The position numbers and the translations under genes are program-made. Positions 63,087-64,000 of a stretch of 64,000 bases of DNA are shown here, one piece after another. The DNA lies in sequence record SRR31156797_10354. One strand, 5' to 3'. Within the stretch, counting starts at the first letter, position 1; every line of letters begins with the position of its first letter. The notes beneath the pieces are model-generated. The model searched no databases. It was not told the DNA's origin and worked only from the letters and a program-made list of their open reading frames with translations.

Positions 63087-63413
63087 CATGTTTAATTTCA
63101 CTTTTTCTAGTATACAAATTATTGCAGAAAACACAAGCCTTTTTTCTGCATTTCTTTGAATTCTTTTCTTGCTGCTCAAAAAAAGGAGTGACGCTAAACG
63201 CTTGTGCTATAAAGGAAAGGATTGGCGGTCCCGTCATTTTCGCTTTTCACAGGTTTAAAAGAACAACTTCTATTTTAACGAAGAAAAGGTAGATTTAATA
63301 ATGATCTGTTTTTACTGATTTTTTGATAAGAAGCCCTGCCTTTTCTTGCTTCACTGGTTAAAAAAATAAAACTTATGGTATTATGAGTACAAACCATCAA
63401 AGGAGTGTCTGAA

Positions 63414-64000
63414 ATGACGAATTTCTCTACCTTTCGTGTCATGAATGAACCAAATTTTACTGCTTCACTCACAACTGCAACCCTTGACGAGCTGCCAGCA
63501 GGCGATGTGCTTGTCCGGGTTGATTACTCAGATGTCAATTACAAAGATGCCTTGGCAGCAAAAGAAAATGGCGGCGTGATCCGCACGTATCCGATGACGC
63601 CGGGAATCGATTTAGCAGGGGAAGTCGTGGACAGTCAGTCTGCTGATTTTGCCCCAGGCGATCAAGTTTTAGTGACTGGCTATGGCTTAGGGGTTTCTCA
63701 CCCAGGCGGTTACAGTCAATTTCAACAGGTCCCGGCCGAGTGGCTCGTGAAACGTTCTGCTGGTTTTTCAGCGAAAGACAGTATGACCTATGGCACGGCT
63801 GGGTTCACAGCAGCTTTAGCGGTGCAAGAATTAGAGCAGCTGCACTTAGCAAAAGACGCTGCGATTTTGGTGACAGGTGCGAGCGGTGGCGTCGGCAGTG
63901 TCAGCATTGCCTTATTGAAAAAACTGGGCTATACAAATATAGTGGCGCTATCTCGTAAAACCGATGCGCAATGGTTGTTAGACCTAGGCGCAGCAAAAAT
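63414..64000 (+). CDS. YhdH/YhfP family (AcuI-like) NADPH oxidoreductase, truncated by the window end
   Basis: Manual translation: VDYSDVNYKDALA, PGIDLAG, GTAGFTAALAV, VTGASGGVGS; AAGGAG RBS. Confidence 0.9.
   Translation, partial: MTNFSTFRVMNEPNFTASLTTATLDELPAGDVLVRVDYSDVNYKDALAAKENGGVIRTYPMTPGIDLAGEVVDSQSADFAPGDQVLVTGYGLGVSHPGGYSQFQQVPAEWLVKRSAGFSAKDSMTYGTAGFTAALAVQELEQLHLAKDAAILVTGASGGVGSVSIALLKKLGYTNIVALSRKTDAQWLLDLGAAK

Overview
Chromosomal window from a low-GC Gram-positive bacterium. Gene content (ireB-yqgF-DUF1292, rex, lctO, potABCD) points to Enterococcus, probably the plant-associated casseliflavus/gallinarum group (inference). Positions 1-19.4 kb hold mostly housekeeping genes. 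Positions 19.5-46.8 kb form a ~27 kb rhamnogalacturonan-I/pectin oligosaccharide utilisation locus resembling Bacillus yes/lpl. It has two ABC importers, a CE12-GH42 fusion enzyme, a YetA/PL26-like lyase, two motif-divergent GH28s, GH105, RhaM, YesMN, and a YesS-like AraC activator split by an in-frame TAG. Two families of candidate activator sites can be read from its promoters. Positions 46.9-53.7 kb carry a beta-glucoside PTS operon, an MBL hydrolase, RpiR and an MFS gene. Positions 54-58.5 kb are the most novel part: a DXS paralogue lacking the glyceraldehyde-3-phosphate-binding residues, behind a MerR-type (19-bp spacer, NmlR/AdhR-like dyad) promoter, next to a zeta-toxin-family remnant, an aldo-keto reductase with its own MerR promoter and an AdhR-like merR. 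This suggests an aldehyde/carbonyl-stress module using ThDP carboligation. The window ends with a regulator plus potABCD and a truncated YhdH/YhfP oxidoreductase. No rRNA, tRNA, CRISPR array or transposase was recognised. All calls come from reading motifs; no database search was run.
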